From an uncultured Bacteroides sp. (GTDB lineage Bacteria; Bacteroidota; Bacteroidia; Bacteroidales; SM23-62): 40,720 bases of DNA. The translations under genes were made by a program, and so were the position numbers. Every line of letters begins with the position of its first letter. Within the stretch, counting starts at the first letter, position 1. This document shows positions 8,411-18,442 of this stretch, piece after piece. Location of the stretch: contig CAZRHW010000001.1 of assembly GCA_964599785.1 (NCBI GenBank), positions 1 through 40,720 of the forward strand, in the 5' to 3' direction. The notes beneath the pieces were generated by a model, which saw nothing but the letters and a program-made list of their open reading frames with translations, did no database searches and was not told the DNA's origin.

Positions 8411-9340
8411 GCATATTCCCTTTATTTGTCTGTTAAGAGCTTTGGGGTTCATTTTCGAGGTCTAATATCCTTGAGAGCCTTTGGAGGCTGCAGGTCCAAT
8501 TAAGAATTTTTGTGGGGATAAGGCCTTAAAGTGGAATACGTTCGTGTAGAGCGTACATAAAATTCACCTAAAGTTAATAACTTTTCGACCTGTGTTATCT
8601 CCGACAAATCACTCTCCCGCTAAAACCTTTGAGAATAATAAACCATAGAAACCATGCTTTTTTAAATATTAGGTGATCAGTCATGGTAGGAAATTCATTT
8701 AACTAGTATATATTAAATTCGAACCGTAAATATCATGACACAACTGTTATAATGATATCGTTTTCTGATCTTTGGTGCTGTTCTATCTTGCATTTCTAAA
8801 AATAAAAATCGTTAATGGCCGGAAAGAACATTTAAAAGGTATAAGGAGAATACAAAAAGGTATGAACGGCTATAGCAATGGTTCAGAAGATCCAATACAA
8901 AGACAAACAAGAACCGGAAATGGCATAAAATTAAAACTAAAAAGGAAGAATTGGCCTGGAAAAGGCCTGAGAAACGGTTAAATTTGATGAAATACACCTC
9001 CGGCTTCGATATTAAAATCGGCGTGGAGCAGGATCTGAAATCTCTAATCCCTTCCTTAGAGTCAAATCGGCAGTGTCCTCGATATCATGATCGTATCTCT
9101 TGAAAATGATAGCAAATAAAATGATAATACGGATAAAACAAAAGAGAAAAATGTCGTTAAAAAAATCGTTTGGAAAAGATTTGTCCTTCAAAATGAATAT
9201 AAAATTTAGTGAAATTAATCAGTGATATTAATGAGATATGGACCACTCTTTTGAATAAAATAGCAAAAGATAGTTCTATAAAAACGGTCGTTTCCCTCAC
9301 TCAATACATTATATATTATATATGCAAGACACCGCGCCCA

Positions 9341-9621
9341 AAAACCATTCCGTTTTCATTTACCATCCTTCCTAATACTATTTTAAATCGATGATTCAAT
9401 CTGGCCAAAAAGGAAAAAAACTACGGAGAAAAATATGAACAGGATGGACGACTTGGATAGAATTAAGACTGATGAACGCTAAAATAAAGAACGCACCTGA
9501 TACAATGACGTCTTGGGCACGGCCCCGCAAAAAGTATTTCTTTTTGCGGGTATTGGCAGCAACTCAGGGTCATATTAGGCAAACCTTCAACACTTTATTA
9601 TCAGGAATCAGATTCATCTGA
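9341..9621 (+). repeat. Copy B of the long direct repeat: degenerate and internally deleted, so a pseudogene of the 104-514 gene
   Basis: Aligns with 11-160 and 489-632 and lacks about 330 bp of coding sequence, with A-runs at the junction. The residual frame ATGAACAGGATGGACGAC... stops after 15 codons. Confidence 0.8.
9524..9550 (+). repeat. Conserved stem-loop element, copy 2 of 3
   Basis: Identical CCCGCAAAAAG-TATTT-CTTTTTGCGGG inside repeat copy B. Confidence 0.7.
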
Positions 9622-9640
9622 TCTAATACGCCACAATCCG

Positions 9641-9667
9641 AGCGCAAAAAGTATTTCTTTTTGCGCT
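9641..9667 (+). repeat. Conserved stem-loop element, copy 3 of 3 (variant with compensatory stem changes)
   Basis: AGCGCAAAAAG-TATTT-CTTTTTGCGCT. The two outer base pairs differ from copies 1 and 2, but pairing is preserved. Confidence 0.65.
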
Positions 9668-10054
9668 ATTACAGATGAGTCCGAATGAAACGGAAACACG
9701 GAAAACTTATGCAAATTTACACCAACACAAAATTATATATTATCCAAGTCAAACTTGTATGGGATCTCTCTTTTGTACTCAGATGGATGGTCTAAAAGAT
9801 ATGATCTTTTTGTTACAATTAAAATAATTGAAACAGTCTAAATTCCCACTAATAATTCTTAATCATCCATTCCATTCCCCTCCCTTCTTTAACCATATAG
9901 ATTTCTTGACATTTCCTAATTATCAATGTATTCGATTGGAATAACAATCATTTAGAAGACTGCAGATAAACAAATTGGACTTGATTGAAGCACTCAAAAC
10001 TGAAACGAAATTGGGGAAAAGGGATAGAAAGGATAAATAGGGGATTAAATTGCT

Positions 10055-13000
10055 TTGATATTAAACAACGAACCGGATAAAGCTCAATTTAGGTTTGCGG
10101 AAAAGGTCATCAAAAAAACCATTGGAGAAATTCGTACTTTCCTGGACGAACTGGCCAATGGAACATCAAACTACAAAAGTCTGCACAATCTTACAGAACA
10201 AGTCGAACACCAATATCATGGAAGGTTTTTAATCGAGCTCATTCAAAATGCTCACGATGCACTTTTTGATATTCCAAAACAAAGGGATTATGATGACAAC
10301 ATATCAGAAGATGAGGGGCGCATTGAGATTGTAATATCTGATGAGCCACCATTTGGAGCTCTTTACGTGGCCAATGATGGGTCGCCTTTCACGGAATCAA
10401 ACTTCGAAAATCTATCCCGATTTGGTCAAAGTGATAAAGATCCAGAAAAGCATATTGGAAATAAAGGCATAGGGTTTCGTAGTGTTTTGGAAATCACACG
10501 AGAGCCGGAGATTTATTCACGAAAAGAAATATCTTCCACCTCATTCAATGGTTTTACCTTTTGTTTTACTCCGAGGATCATTCGTTCATTTGAACAGCCC
10601 ATTCATGATCTATTAAACGGGCATAATAGTCCTAAATTGGAACTTGCTAGCGATACTCATTTGGTGGAATGGGGAAGCGAAAAATTACAGGCTTTTCAAG
10701 ATCGATTTCAGTTCGATGGATTTGAAGGAGTTGTTTCCGAACTCAAATTTCTTTCTCCATACCTTTTGCCAGTACCTATCAGTGCCGAAAACAAAATGGC
10801 CATGGTTAGGCAATTTGAAGAGAAAGGATTTGCCACAGTAGTTCGGCTTCCATTTAGCAGTGAGGAGGCAAAAAGGCTGACTATCGAGAAAGTCGAAGAA
10901 CTTGATGAAAATACTATTCTATTTCTGAACAAGGCTAAAAGCCTTTGGATAGAAACACCAACTAATATACGGTACGTTACAAGGAAGACCCAATCTTTGA
11001 CGGATTTAGGTAATGCACAGCAAATTGATATAGGTGTTCTCCTTGATGAAAACAATTATGCTAATACAAAGCGATATTGGCTATGGGAATGGATAGTTGG
11101 TGGTAAAGAATATCCCCAAGAATCGGAAAAAATTCGTGAGGCAGTATCCAATCTTCCCGGAAAATGGCCTGATGTAAGACGGGCTGAAGTTGCCTTAGCT
11201 ATTTCTGTAGAAGAACCCCCCGATCAGGGTTTAATAAGTATTTTTTTGCCTACTGAACAGCCAAGTGGTGCGGCCTGCCATCTAAATGCACCCTTTTATG
11301 GGGACATCAGCCGAACCTATGTGGACTTTGATCAGCCATTCAATAAACTTCTCATTGAAAAAATGGCAAAAAAAGCCACTGATATAATTTCTATGTATCT
11401 TGCCGGCAAGGGCATTTATGAGGCCCGGGCGATTCAAGATATTCTGTGTCCCTTGACCCTCCAGGATTCTGACGACAATCATTGGCTTTCCCTGATCGAG
11501 GCTGCATTTGAAGATCGTGATCAGAAACTGGAAGAAGAACCGCTTATTCTAACCAACAACGGATGGAACGTTATTGGAAAAGCAAGATTGCTTCCTGATT
11601 GTTCCGCGACTGAATTAATTTCGGATGAGATTATTTATAAAGAAGCGACTTACCCTGTTATTGATAAGAGCCTTTCTTCTCGATTAAACCAGCTAAAAAA
11701 CTTGTATATTTTTTTTCGGAAACCTTATTCCCCTCAACCCGATTGGATAGCGGCTACTCTGGAAAAAATTGCGGCCTATTTTCATAGAGAATTTGAAAGT
11801 GTCGATTGGAATGGATTTTGGCATGATGTAATGGAGTTGTTGCCAAAACAAGCATCAATGCTCCAAGGGAAAAAAATTCTTTTAGGCACCGATGGTGAAC
11901 TCCATGCTACCGGTAAAAACATGTCTGTGTTTTTCAGACCGCGAAGCACTGGTGATGATGAAGAGATACTCCCGAACCGTGCTGTGGACGATATTCCACA
12001 GGAACTTCGTTCTTACATCGCCTTTCTCAATGAAGCTATTAATGTCCATGTGCATAGAGAAGGTGGAGGCATCCGAAACCATCCCCTTCATGGATATCTT
12101 GCTTCTTCTTCTTTGGTTCAGCCTTTTGGGGTGGAATCGATTCTACGCAATGTCCTCATTCCAGCTACTCCAGACCTTCCTGTCTCTTTGAATAAAGAAA
12201 AAGATTCGCTTTGTCGGGGCATCATTAGCTGGGGACTCCGACTTGTTGAGGGCTTGGTTGCAAAAGATAAAGGAGAAAAAACACTCCAGTACCTTGGAAG
12301 GCTTCCCGCTCCTTGTCATGGAGGTTGGTACCCACTTAGTGAAACCTGTTTTGGCCCTGGGTGGGATGATACCGTTGGCAGAGAACTTAAATCATATTTG
12401 GATGCAGCAAGAACTATTGAAACAAAAGAATCTGCCAAAAAACTCCTTTTGCCGCCTTATGACGAACACTGGAGCAACAATGTGCCGGCAAATCGTAAAT
12501 TACTTGAAAGAGCTGGGGCTATTGATGGAATAAGATTGTTTGAAAATAATCCAGAAGATTGGGCTCCCAGTTTCCAAGTTACCAGATGGAATGGTGTCAG
12601 GCTTCCAGAAAAAGCTCCGCCTGGAATCGATTCAGAAATATGGAAGCGATTTATAGATAAAGTCCACTCTAATTTAAAACCACGATATGATGGGCCGTTT
12701 CCTTTCAAGGTTGATAACTTCTTTGTCATTCCCGGAACCGAACGCTTTTCATCTTTAAGTCTCGACGAGCGCGAAAACTTCATGAATGTGTTATTGCGAT
12801 CAATTGTTAAATGGGTTGTCTCGTGGGAAACTATTTGGATTTCAAAAATTGGGGGAATGATTGATTCCATGCCCCACGAATCGCCTTTAAAGCATTGGCT
12901 AAAAGAAACTCCATGGTTAGTTGATAGGGAAAAAACACCGCCCGAATTTAGGCCTAAAGATAGATGGTTTATCCCACCCAAGACGATTGTAGGTCGCGCT

Positions 13001-15598
13001 CATCAATTTAGACATTTGAACCCTGTGCCCTCAAAAATATCTTGGTTTCTGGATGAATCCCTTGAACTCTCGAAAGAACTTGAAAACCTGGGGATGCCTC
13101 GGTATCATCCAGAAAACAAAACAAGCAGTACAAGATTGCTTGATGATTTATCTCTCTCTTTGGAAAACCCAGAGGAAATAGCCAACTGGGATATATTTTT
13201 AGGGCAGGTTCGATCCGCTTGGAGTCTTTTTGAACCCCAAGAGGAAGGAGCATTTCCACAAAATCTAATTGTAAAAAGAGGCTCTGGGCTCCAGGCCATA
13301 ACCCCATCTGTGGAAAACCCTGTATTCCTACCCGATGACACTTCATCCTTTCATCATGGCTTGGAAAGCTACGTTAAAAATATCTTGGCAATAGAATCAA
13401 AAGATGCCAAACGACTTGGCATGATTTTTAGAAAGGCCTTCGGACGTGGGGTTCGCTTTATTTCAGAATTGAGAGTGCAGCCTCTTGTGGATGGTGATCC
13501 TTGGGAAGAAGGTTTGATAGAGGAATTTTTCTGTGAAAGCGACCTTTCATGGATCATCCCCATTCTGTTGTGTTGCCATGCCCACGCAGGTATTCAGGAT
13601 AGAGGGGCACATACGAAGGCTTTTTCCAATGTTATGGAAGGCATAAGAAAGGCAAGGCTATATTGGGCTGACAATTTAGAAATAGGTATATGGGAAAAAG
13701 ATCAATGTGTTCCCGTGTCTAAAATTGATGGTGTGTGGTTGACAAAATCCTTCACGCTTCTTGCAACTCATAAAGCAAGAGAAAAGGTTAGTGTTTTAGC
13801 TGAAGCTTTTTCTTCCATGATGGAACGTTCAGACTTGGAGGTACCTTTAAAACTGGCATTAAGCAAATTTGATGGTTATGACGACCCTACTCGCGAAATA
13901 ATTGAGGGAGCGTTAAAGGAACTAAAAATAGACTTTGAGCATATTGCTGAAATTGAACAGTTGTGGTTGGGTGATTTGGGGTGGTCAATTCGTCTCTTGA
14001 GACCTCTATTATTGGTTTTACATCCAAAGTTAGACTTTTCTGGATTGACAGAAATTTCGACAGAAGATGCTCTTAAACAATTTTTACTTAATTTTAATCT
14101 TTCTCCCCTAAATCTGGATCAGGCTCTTTCAAAAGTGAGAAAGTCGGACGGATTCTATAATCTCGGCCTTTCTTTGTATGAAAGTTTCGGTGATGCATTT
14201 CAGTTGGGCCAATGGAATATAGCTTTGAAGATGGCCGGAGAATCAACTATAAAAAATCGCGAAGCATCTGATCAATTTCAAAATAATATCGATTCTGCAC
14301 AAGTGCCATTAAGGTCGATTGTAAGGGAAATAGTTAAAAATAATAAAGAAATAGGTCAATACACGGATTTGATAGAGCAATTAGAGTTGATGTCCGTTCC
14401 AGAAGACCAGAAAAATCTATATTGGGACATAAACTTTAATCAAACAATGGAGATCATAAAACCGCTCTTTATTTCATGGGAGGCGACGTCCGAAGCGATA
14501 GAGGCGATTACAGCATCCCAAAACGTTTCAGAACTTATAGAAAAGCTTGAGGCTTTGAATTTTGATCCAACTTTAGACCCCGTAGAAATATATGCAAAAA
14601 ACAGAGTACGTTGTTTGATTCTTATCCAAACTATACAAAAAGCCGGGATCATTTGGTGTTATAGAAATGATACTCCTTTAGCATTCTGGGATCGGGATAC
14701 AACTGATTATCTTGAGTTTTATGATGATATTTTAAAAGATGTGGGATATCTGGATATCTGGAATGATGAAATGATTTTTTCGATCTCTAAAAATCTTCCC
14801 TACGATGAGCAGATGAAACCTTTCTTTGATGCTTTGAGTGAGTCTAAAAATATTGATAATTTTTTAGAATTAGTAGACATCAGAAGTGAAGAAATCGATA
14901 ATGCTGAAAAGAAACTTGAAGAAATAAAAAACAAAGCGGAAAAGCAAAAAAGAATTGTAAACGTATGTGGAAAGGATTTTGACAACACAGAAGACAACCT
15001 ATCACAATTATTCAGCCATATTGAAGGTGAAATCGAAAATGATTCTCTTCCAGACGTGGATTTAACCGATATGGCCAGGCTTAACGAGATAAAACAAAAA
15101 AGGAGTAAAAGGCCGGGAATACCAACTAAAAAAAGGCAATCAAAACCTAAAGGCCGGATGACACAAGCGATGAAAAATCTTGTTGGCTTAGCAGGCGAAA
15201 TTCATGCTTATAGGGTTTTAAGAAAAAAATATGGACCAATAATTGTTAATCCCGGTAGTTGGATATCTGAGAATAGTACTTTCAAATTTCCAAATAATTC
15301 TGTAGCCGATGATTATGGATGTGATTTTAAAATTAGACACAATAAGAACATATTCTTTATAGAGGTGAAAGCCTCACAGGGTGATGAGGAGGTTTTTGAA
15401 TTAGGTGTTTCCGAGATCAAAAGAGCAGTTGAAGTGGCGAACAAACGGAAAGAAAGATATATTATTTTTCATATCACGGATGCTTTATCAAACAACCCTA
15501 AATTCCAATTTCTGCCGAATCCTTATGATAGAAGATATAGTAAATCATATCGAATTTTTAATGCTGGTCTAAAAATTCAATATCAGAAGAAATTATGA
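10055..15598 (+). CDS. Giant (1847 aa) GHKL/sacsin-like ATPase with a C-terminal DUF3883-like PD-(D/E)xK nuclease-fold domain
   Basis: Bergerat-fold motifs at the N-terminus: RFLIELIQNAHDAL, YVANDGSPF, GNKGIGFRSV. C-terminus: GLAGEIHAYRVL...DDYGCDFKI...IFFIEVKASQGDEEVFELGVSEIKRA...YIIFHI. TTG start at 10055, since there is no in-frame ATG before the ATPase motifs. GGGGA at 10040-10044. Confidence 0.75.
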   Translation: MILNNEPDKAQFRFAEKVIKKTIGEIRTFLDELANGTSNYKSLHNLTEQVEHQYHGRFLIELIQNAHDALFDIPKQRDYDDNISEDEGRIEIVISDEPPFGALYVANDGSPFTESNFENLSRFGQSDKDPEKHIGNKGIGFRSVLEITREPEIYSRKEISSTSFNGFTFCFTPRIIRSFEQPIHDLLNGHNSPKLELASDTHLVEWGSEKLQAFQDRFQFDGFEGVVSELKFLSPYLLPVPISAENKMAMVRQFEEKGFATVVRLPFSSEEAKRLTIEKVEELDENTILFLNKAKSLWIETPTNIRYVTRKTQSLTDLGNAQQIDIGVLLDENNYANTKRYWLWEWIVGGKEYPQESEKIREAVSNLPGKWPDVRRAEVALAISVEEPPDQGLISIFLPTEQPSGAACHLNAPFYGDISRTYVDFDQPFNKLLIEKMAKKATDIISMYLAGKGIYEARAIQDILCPLTLQDSDDNHWLSLIEAAFEDRDQKLEEEPLILTNNGWNVIGKARLLPDCSATELISDEIIYKEATYPVIDKSLSSRLNQLKNLYIFFRKPYSPQPDWIAATLEKIAAYFHREFESVDWNGFWHDVMELLPKQASMLQGKKILLGTDGELHATGKNMSVFFRPRSTGDDEEILPNRAVDDIPQELRSYIAFLNEAINVHVHREGGGIRNHPLHGYLASSSLVQPFGVESILRNVLIPATPDLPVSLNKEKDSLCRGIISWGLRLVEGLVAKDKGEKTLQYLGRLPAPCHGGWYPLSETCFGPGWDDTVGRELKSYLDAARTIETKESAKKLLLPPYDEHWSNNVPANRKLLERAGAIDGIRLFENNPEDWAPSFQVTRWNGVRLPEKAPPGIDSEIWKRFIDKVHSNLKPRYDGPFPFKVDNFFVIPGTERFSSLSLDERENFMNVLLRSIVKWVVSWETIWISKIGGMIDSMPHESPLKHWLKETPWLVDREKTPPEFRPKDRWFIPPKTIVGRAHQFRHLNPVPSKISWFLDESLELSKELENLGMPRYHPENKTSSTRLLDDLSLSLENPEEIANWDIFLGQVRSAWSLFEPQEEGAFPQNLIVKRGSGLQAITPSVENPVFLPDDTSSFHHGLESYVKNILAIESKDAKRLGMIFRKAFGRGVRFISELRVQPLVDGDPWEEGLIEEFFCESDLSWIIPILLCCHAHAGIQDRGAHTKAFSNVMEGIRKARLYWADNLEIGIWEKDQCVPVSKIDGVWLTKSFTLLATHKAREKVSVLAEAFSSMMERSDLEVPLKLALSKFDGYDDPTREIIEGALKELKIDFEHIAEIEQLWLGDLGWSIRLLRPLLLVLHPKLDFSGLTEISTEDALKQFLLNFNLSPLNLDQALSKVRKSDGFYNLGLSLYESFGDAFQLGQWNIALKMAGESTIKNREASDQFQNNIDSAQVPLRSIVREIVKNNKEIGQYTDLIEQLELMSVPEDQKNLYWDINFNQTMEIIKPLFISWEATSEAIEAITASQNVSELIEKLEALNFDPTLDPVEIYAKNRVRCLILIQTIQKAGIIWCYRNDTPLAFWDRDTTDYLEFYDDILKDVGYLDIWNDEMIFSISKNLPYDEQMKPFFDALSESKNIDNFLELVDIRSEEIDNAEKKLEEIKNKAEKQKRIVNVCGKDFDNTEDNLSQLFSHIEGEIENDSLPDVDLTDMARLNEIKQKRSKRPGIPTKKRQSKPKGRMTQAMKNLVGLAGEIHAYRVLRKKYGPIIVNPGSWISENSTFKFPNNSVADDYGCDFKIRHNKNIFFIEVKASQGDEEVFELGVSEIKRAVEVANKRKERYIIFHITDALSNNPKFQFLPNPYDRRYSKSYRIFNAGLKIQYQKKL

Positions 15599-15731
15599 TT
15601 TTTCGTATGAAAAACGAAAGGGCAGAAAATCAATTTTTTGGGGCAATAGAAGTCATGAACAATACTTGATTTGACAGAAGTAAGATCCTTCTGGATGGCA
15701 AAGATAGTTAAACTGCCCTAAGAGTTCTACC

Positions 15732-16949
15732 TTAAGTCAGAATGCACCCGTGTTTCGTTTTGCCCGCAGAAAGAATTTCATCCAGATCCTCTATCCAAAG
15801 CATTTCACGTCTTCCTTTCTCGTTCTTGAAATTCATCCCGAGCGCATAACCAAAGCAGTAGCTGTTGTAGAGTGCTATGGCCTTTTGTTCTTCTCGGACG
15901 GTTCGACATCGCAGAAGCGCATAATAGAGCATCATTTTGACCGCGTTTCGGCCAGCTTCTGACGGCGTCATTTTCTCCCAAGCTTTAGGCATTGCCTCTG
16001 AGTAGATGACTTCACCTACCTTTGCCATATACCAGAATGTCATCTCATAGGCAGCTTGAGCAAGCGCCTCCCTGGACCATTTTAAGGTAATATACCACTC
16101 GTCATTTTCGATCTGCGTAATTTTGTCGTCATCTAGTGGTTTAGCCGGTTCGACGTGAAGTATGCGTCCGGTTTCTGAATTTTCGAATCGAAAAGTTCTG
16201 AGTAATTTCCAACCACTGGGCACAACAAATATGCGAAAAATACGTCGTTCCGATCCGTAGCCTATTTTCACATTCTCCTTGGGATAATCCACGCCATCGA
16301 CTCTCAAGCCTAATTTTGTCCGTCGAAGATGGCGGTCGAGTTGTTTGCGCAGACGCCTATGAGATGGGATGTATGATTTGACCTCCGTCACCCCTGCCAC
16401 GGTTATACTGGAATCCTCACCAGCCCTGCCCTCTTCTATCAGTATATGCTGGTCCCCACCCTTGAGGAGGCCTTTTCCACCGACACGATGAACTTTTACC
16501 GAATCTCCAATGTAAAACCGAGCGTTTGATGGAAGCTGGCCGCTCCGCTGTAACCGCTTCACAAGTTGCACGCAGATTTTTGTCGCAAGAAGCTCGGTTA
16601 CCGCGCCCTTGAAGCAATTGACCATGTGCGAGTAGATGAAAGTGATGGCTGAAGCTGTGTCGGCATCTGAAAGACGTTGTTCCACCAATTCCGCTGGAAT
16701 TTCCCCTGAATCCTCATAAGGGCCTTTTAGCAAGAATTCTTGAAATAGCCGGCCCCGCGGGTGTGTTTCTATATCAGTAATGGAGGAAGCAAGGGTATTT
16801 CGAAAAATGACCAACGGATTGGTACCGTCCGGAAAAACCGCTCCGCCTTCCATCGCCGACTTCAGAGCAGACTCAACGTCATAGCCAAGGTCAGGCCCAA
16901 GGAGCTCAAAGCCAACAGTATCGGCAAGTGATTTTGTATCTGAGGACAT
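15732..16949 (-). CDS. Hypothetical protein (405 aa), GC-richer than its flanks, with a possible PD-(D/E)xK-like core
   Basis: Long ORF convergent with the giant gene. Weak motif series GAVTELLA ... GGDQHILIEE ... GVTEVKSY. No confident family assignment. Confidence 0.6.
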   Translation of the reverse strand: MSSDTKSLADTVGFELLGPDLGYDVESALKSAMEGGAVFPDGTNPLVIFRNTLASSITDIETHPRGRLFQEFLLKGPYEDSGEIPAELVEQRLSDADTASAITFIYSHMVNCFKGAVTELLATKICVQLVKRLQRSGQLPSNARFYIGDSVKVHRVGGKGLLKGGDQHILIEEGRAGEDSSITVAGVTEVKSYIPSHRRLRKQLDRHLRRTKLGLRVDGVDYPKENVKIGYGSERRIFRIFVVPSGWKLLRTFRFENSETGRILHVEPAKPLDDDKITQIENDEWYITLKWSREALAQAAYEMTFWYMAKVGEVIYSEAMPKAWEKMTPSEAGRNAVKMMLYYALLRCRTVREEQKAIALYNSYCFGYALGMNFKNEKGRREMLWIEDLDEILSAGKTKHGCILT

Positions 16950-17210
16950 AGCTTCTCTTTATTTATCTTCAAAGACGTCCTTGTTGTTCTAAAGAAGAGA
17001 AATGAAAAACTCTATTAAAGTTTTAATATTTTTATTCATCAAATTGCTTATAATATCTGTGTACCAATTATTCAGACAAAGCAGCAAACATACCCTTTCC
17101 GATAGCATATCTGTTTGAATATTCAACAATAAATATTTTTAAATTTCATACAACTCAGTTTTTTGATACAAGTTTAGAAAAACCCTAATAAATGATAATG
17201 GAAATAATCC

Positions 17211-18419
17211 ATGAATAATCGTTTCGTCAGAATTGATCGGAAAACGCTCTACGAGGAAATCTGGAAAATACCAACAGCTCAACTGGCAAAGAAATATGGC
17301 ATCTCTGATGTGGCGCTGAGTAAAATCTGTAAAAAATTGAATATTCCAAAGCCACCTCGTGGATATTGGGCGAGAAAAAGCGCCGGGCAACAAGTTCATC
17401 GGCAAAAGTTGCCGAAATTAAGATCCGGGCAACCCTTTGAACACCATTTCGAGATAAGATCCGGATTATCAAATTCAAACGAAGAAAAGGAGAACGATAT
17501 CTCTCCTGAAACGAAAAAAATCATTTCGAAAGCAAACACATTGGTTCCGATTCATGTCTCAAAAGCACTCAGAAACCCGCATCCTCTTATTCAGCAGGCT
17601 TCTGAAGTTCTCGAATTGTCACAGCCCAATGACATCGGAATTATAAAACCATCTTCTAAAAATTGCCTTGATATCTGCGTTTCAAAGGACTGTCTTAGAC
17701 GAACCCTCAGGATAATGGATGCACTCATTAAGGCATTATCTAATATGGATTTTGAGGTATTCCTTTCAGATGGATCAACCCGAGTCAGAATTTTCAACGC
17801 GGAATTGAGCTTTGAAATCAGTGAAGAAACGATAATGAAAAAGGTTGAACCCAAGGATATGGATTTGAACGGCTACTACGAATTTGGTCATAGTCGTTAT
17901 GATCGGAAACGTGTTCCATCCGGGAATCTGTGTCTAACGGTACACGATTCTCGCTCCTTTTGGAGCAAAAGTATGCAGCGCAACTGGCGGGATACCAAAC
18001 ATAAAAGATTAGAAGAGAATCTGGATAGCTTTGTAAAAGGCCTATTGAAATTAGCCGTTGAAAAGACTGAACGCCGGCGCCGAGAACAAGAGAAAGAGCG
18101 CCAGAGGATTGAGATGTTGAAAAAACGCGAGGAGGAGGCGCGACGACGAGCTGAATTGGAGCGTCAAATCAAAAATGAACGGCAAAAAATCTCTCAACTC
18201 ATTCAAGATGCTGAAAACTGGGATAAGAGCAAGGTGATCAGAGAATTCATTGCAGCGGTTAAAAAAGAACATTTCTCGGGCAACCAAGTTTATGAAGTTC
18301 AGGGTGATTTTGACTCCTGGCTCAAATGGGCAAATGAGCAGGCCGATCGACTGGACCCGTTAACCCCCAGTCCTCCATCTATTCTTGATGAAAATCCATA
18401 TTTTTCAGACGATGGATAA
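17211..18419 (+). CDS. Hypothetical protein with an N-terminal HTH-like segment and a charged coiled-coil
   Basis: N-terminus: LYEEIWKIPTAQLAKKYGISDVALSKICKKLNIPKPPRGYWARK. Coiled-coil: RRRREQEKERQRIEMLKKREEEARRRAELERQIKNERQK. Confidence 0.6.
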   Translation: MNNRFVRIDRKTLYEEIWKIPTAQLAKKYGISDVALSKICKKLNIPKPPRGYWARKSAGQQVHRQKLPKLRSGQPFEHHFEIRSGLSNSNEEKENDISPETKKIISKANTLVPIHVSKALRNPHPLIQQASEVLELSQPNDIGIIKPSSKNCLDICVSKDCLRRTLRIMDALIKALSNMDFEVFLSDGSTRVRIFNAELSFEISEETIMKKVEPKDMDLNGYYEFGHSRYDRKRVPSGNLCLTVHDSRSFWSKSMQRNWRDTKHKRLEENLDSFVKGLLKLAVEKTERRRREQEKERQRIEMLKKREEEARRRAELERQIKNERQKISQLIQDAENWDKSKVIREFIAAVKKEHFSGNQVYEVQGDFDSWLKWANEQADRLDPLTPSPPSILDENPYFSDDG

Positions 18420-18442
18420 TAGCCTTCTTTTTGGTGTGAAAA

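Noticed and set aside
8772-9394. ORFs 8772-8981, 8812-8997 and 9209-9394 in the AT-rich spacer
   Set aside because: They give short, low-complexity, Lys/Arg- or Phe/Leu-rich translations that overlap each other on opposite strands. They are more likely chance frames in AT-rich non-coding DNA. One, 9209-9394, runs into the degenerate repeat copy.
535-9667. The three copies of the GCAAAAAGTATTTCTTTTTGC hairpin as a CRISPR array
   Set aside because: There are only three copies, at wildly different spacing (about 9 kb and 91 nt). Two copies are embedded in longer homologous flanks. There is no regular repeat-spacer periodicity and there are no cas genes.
9906-9934. A promoter for the giant ATPase gene (TTGACA at 9906-9911)
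   Set aside because: The -35 element is perfect, but the best -10 at 17-nt spacing is TATTCG (3 of 6 matches). This is too weak to list as a feature.
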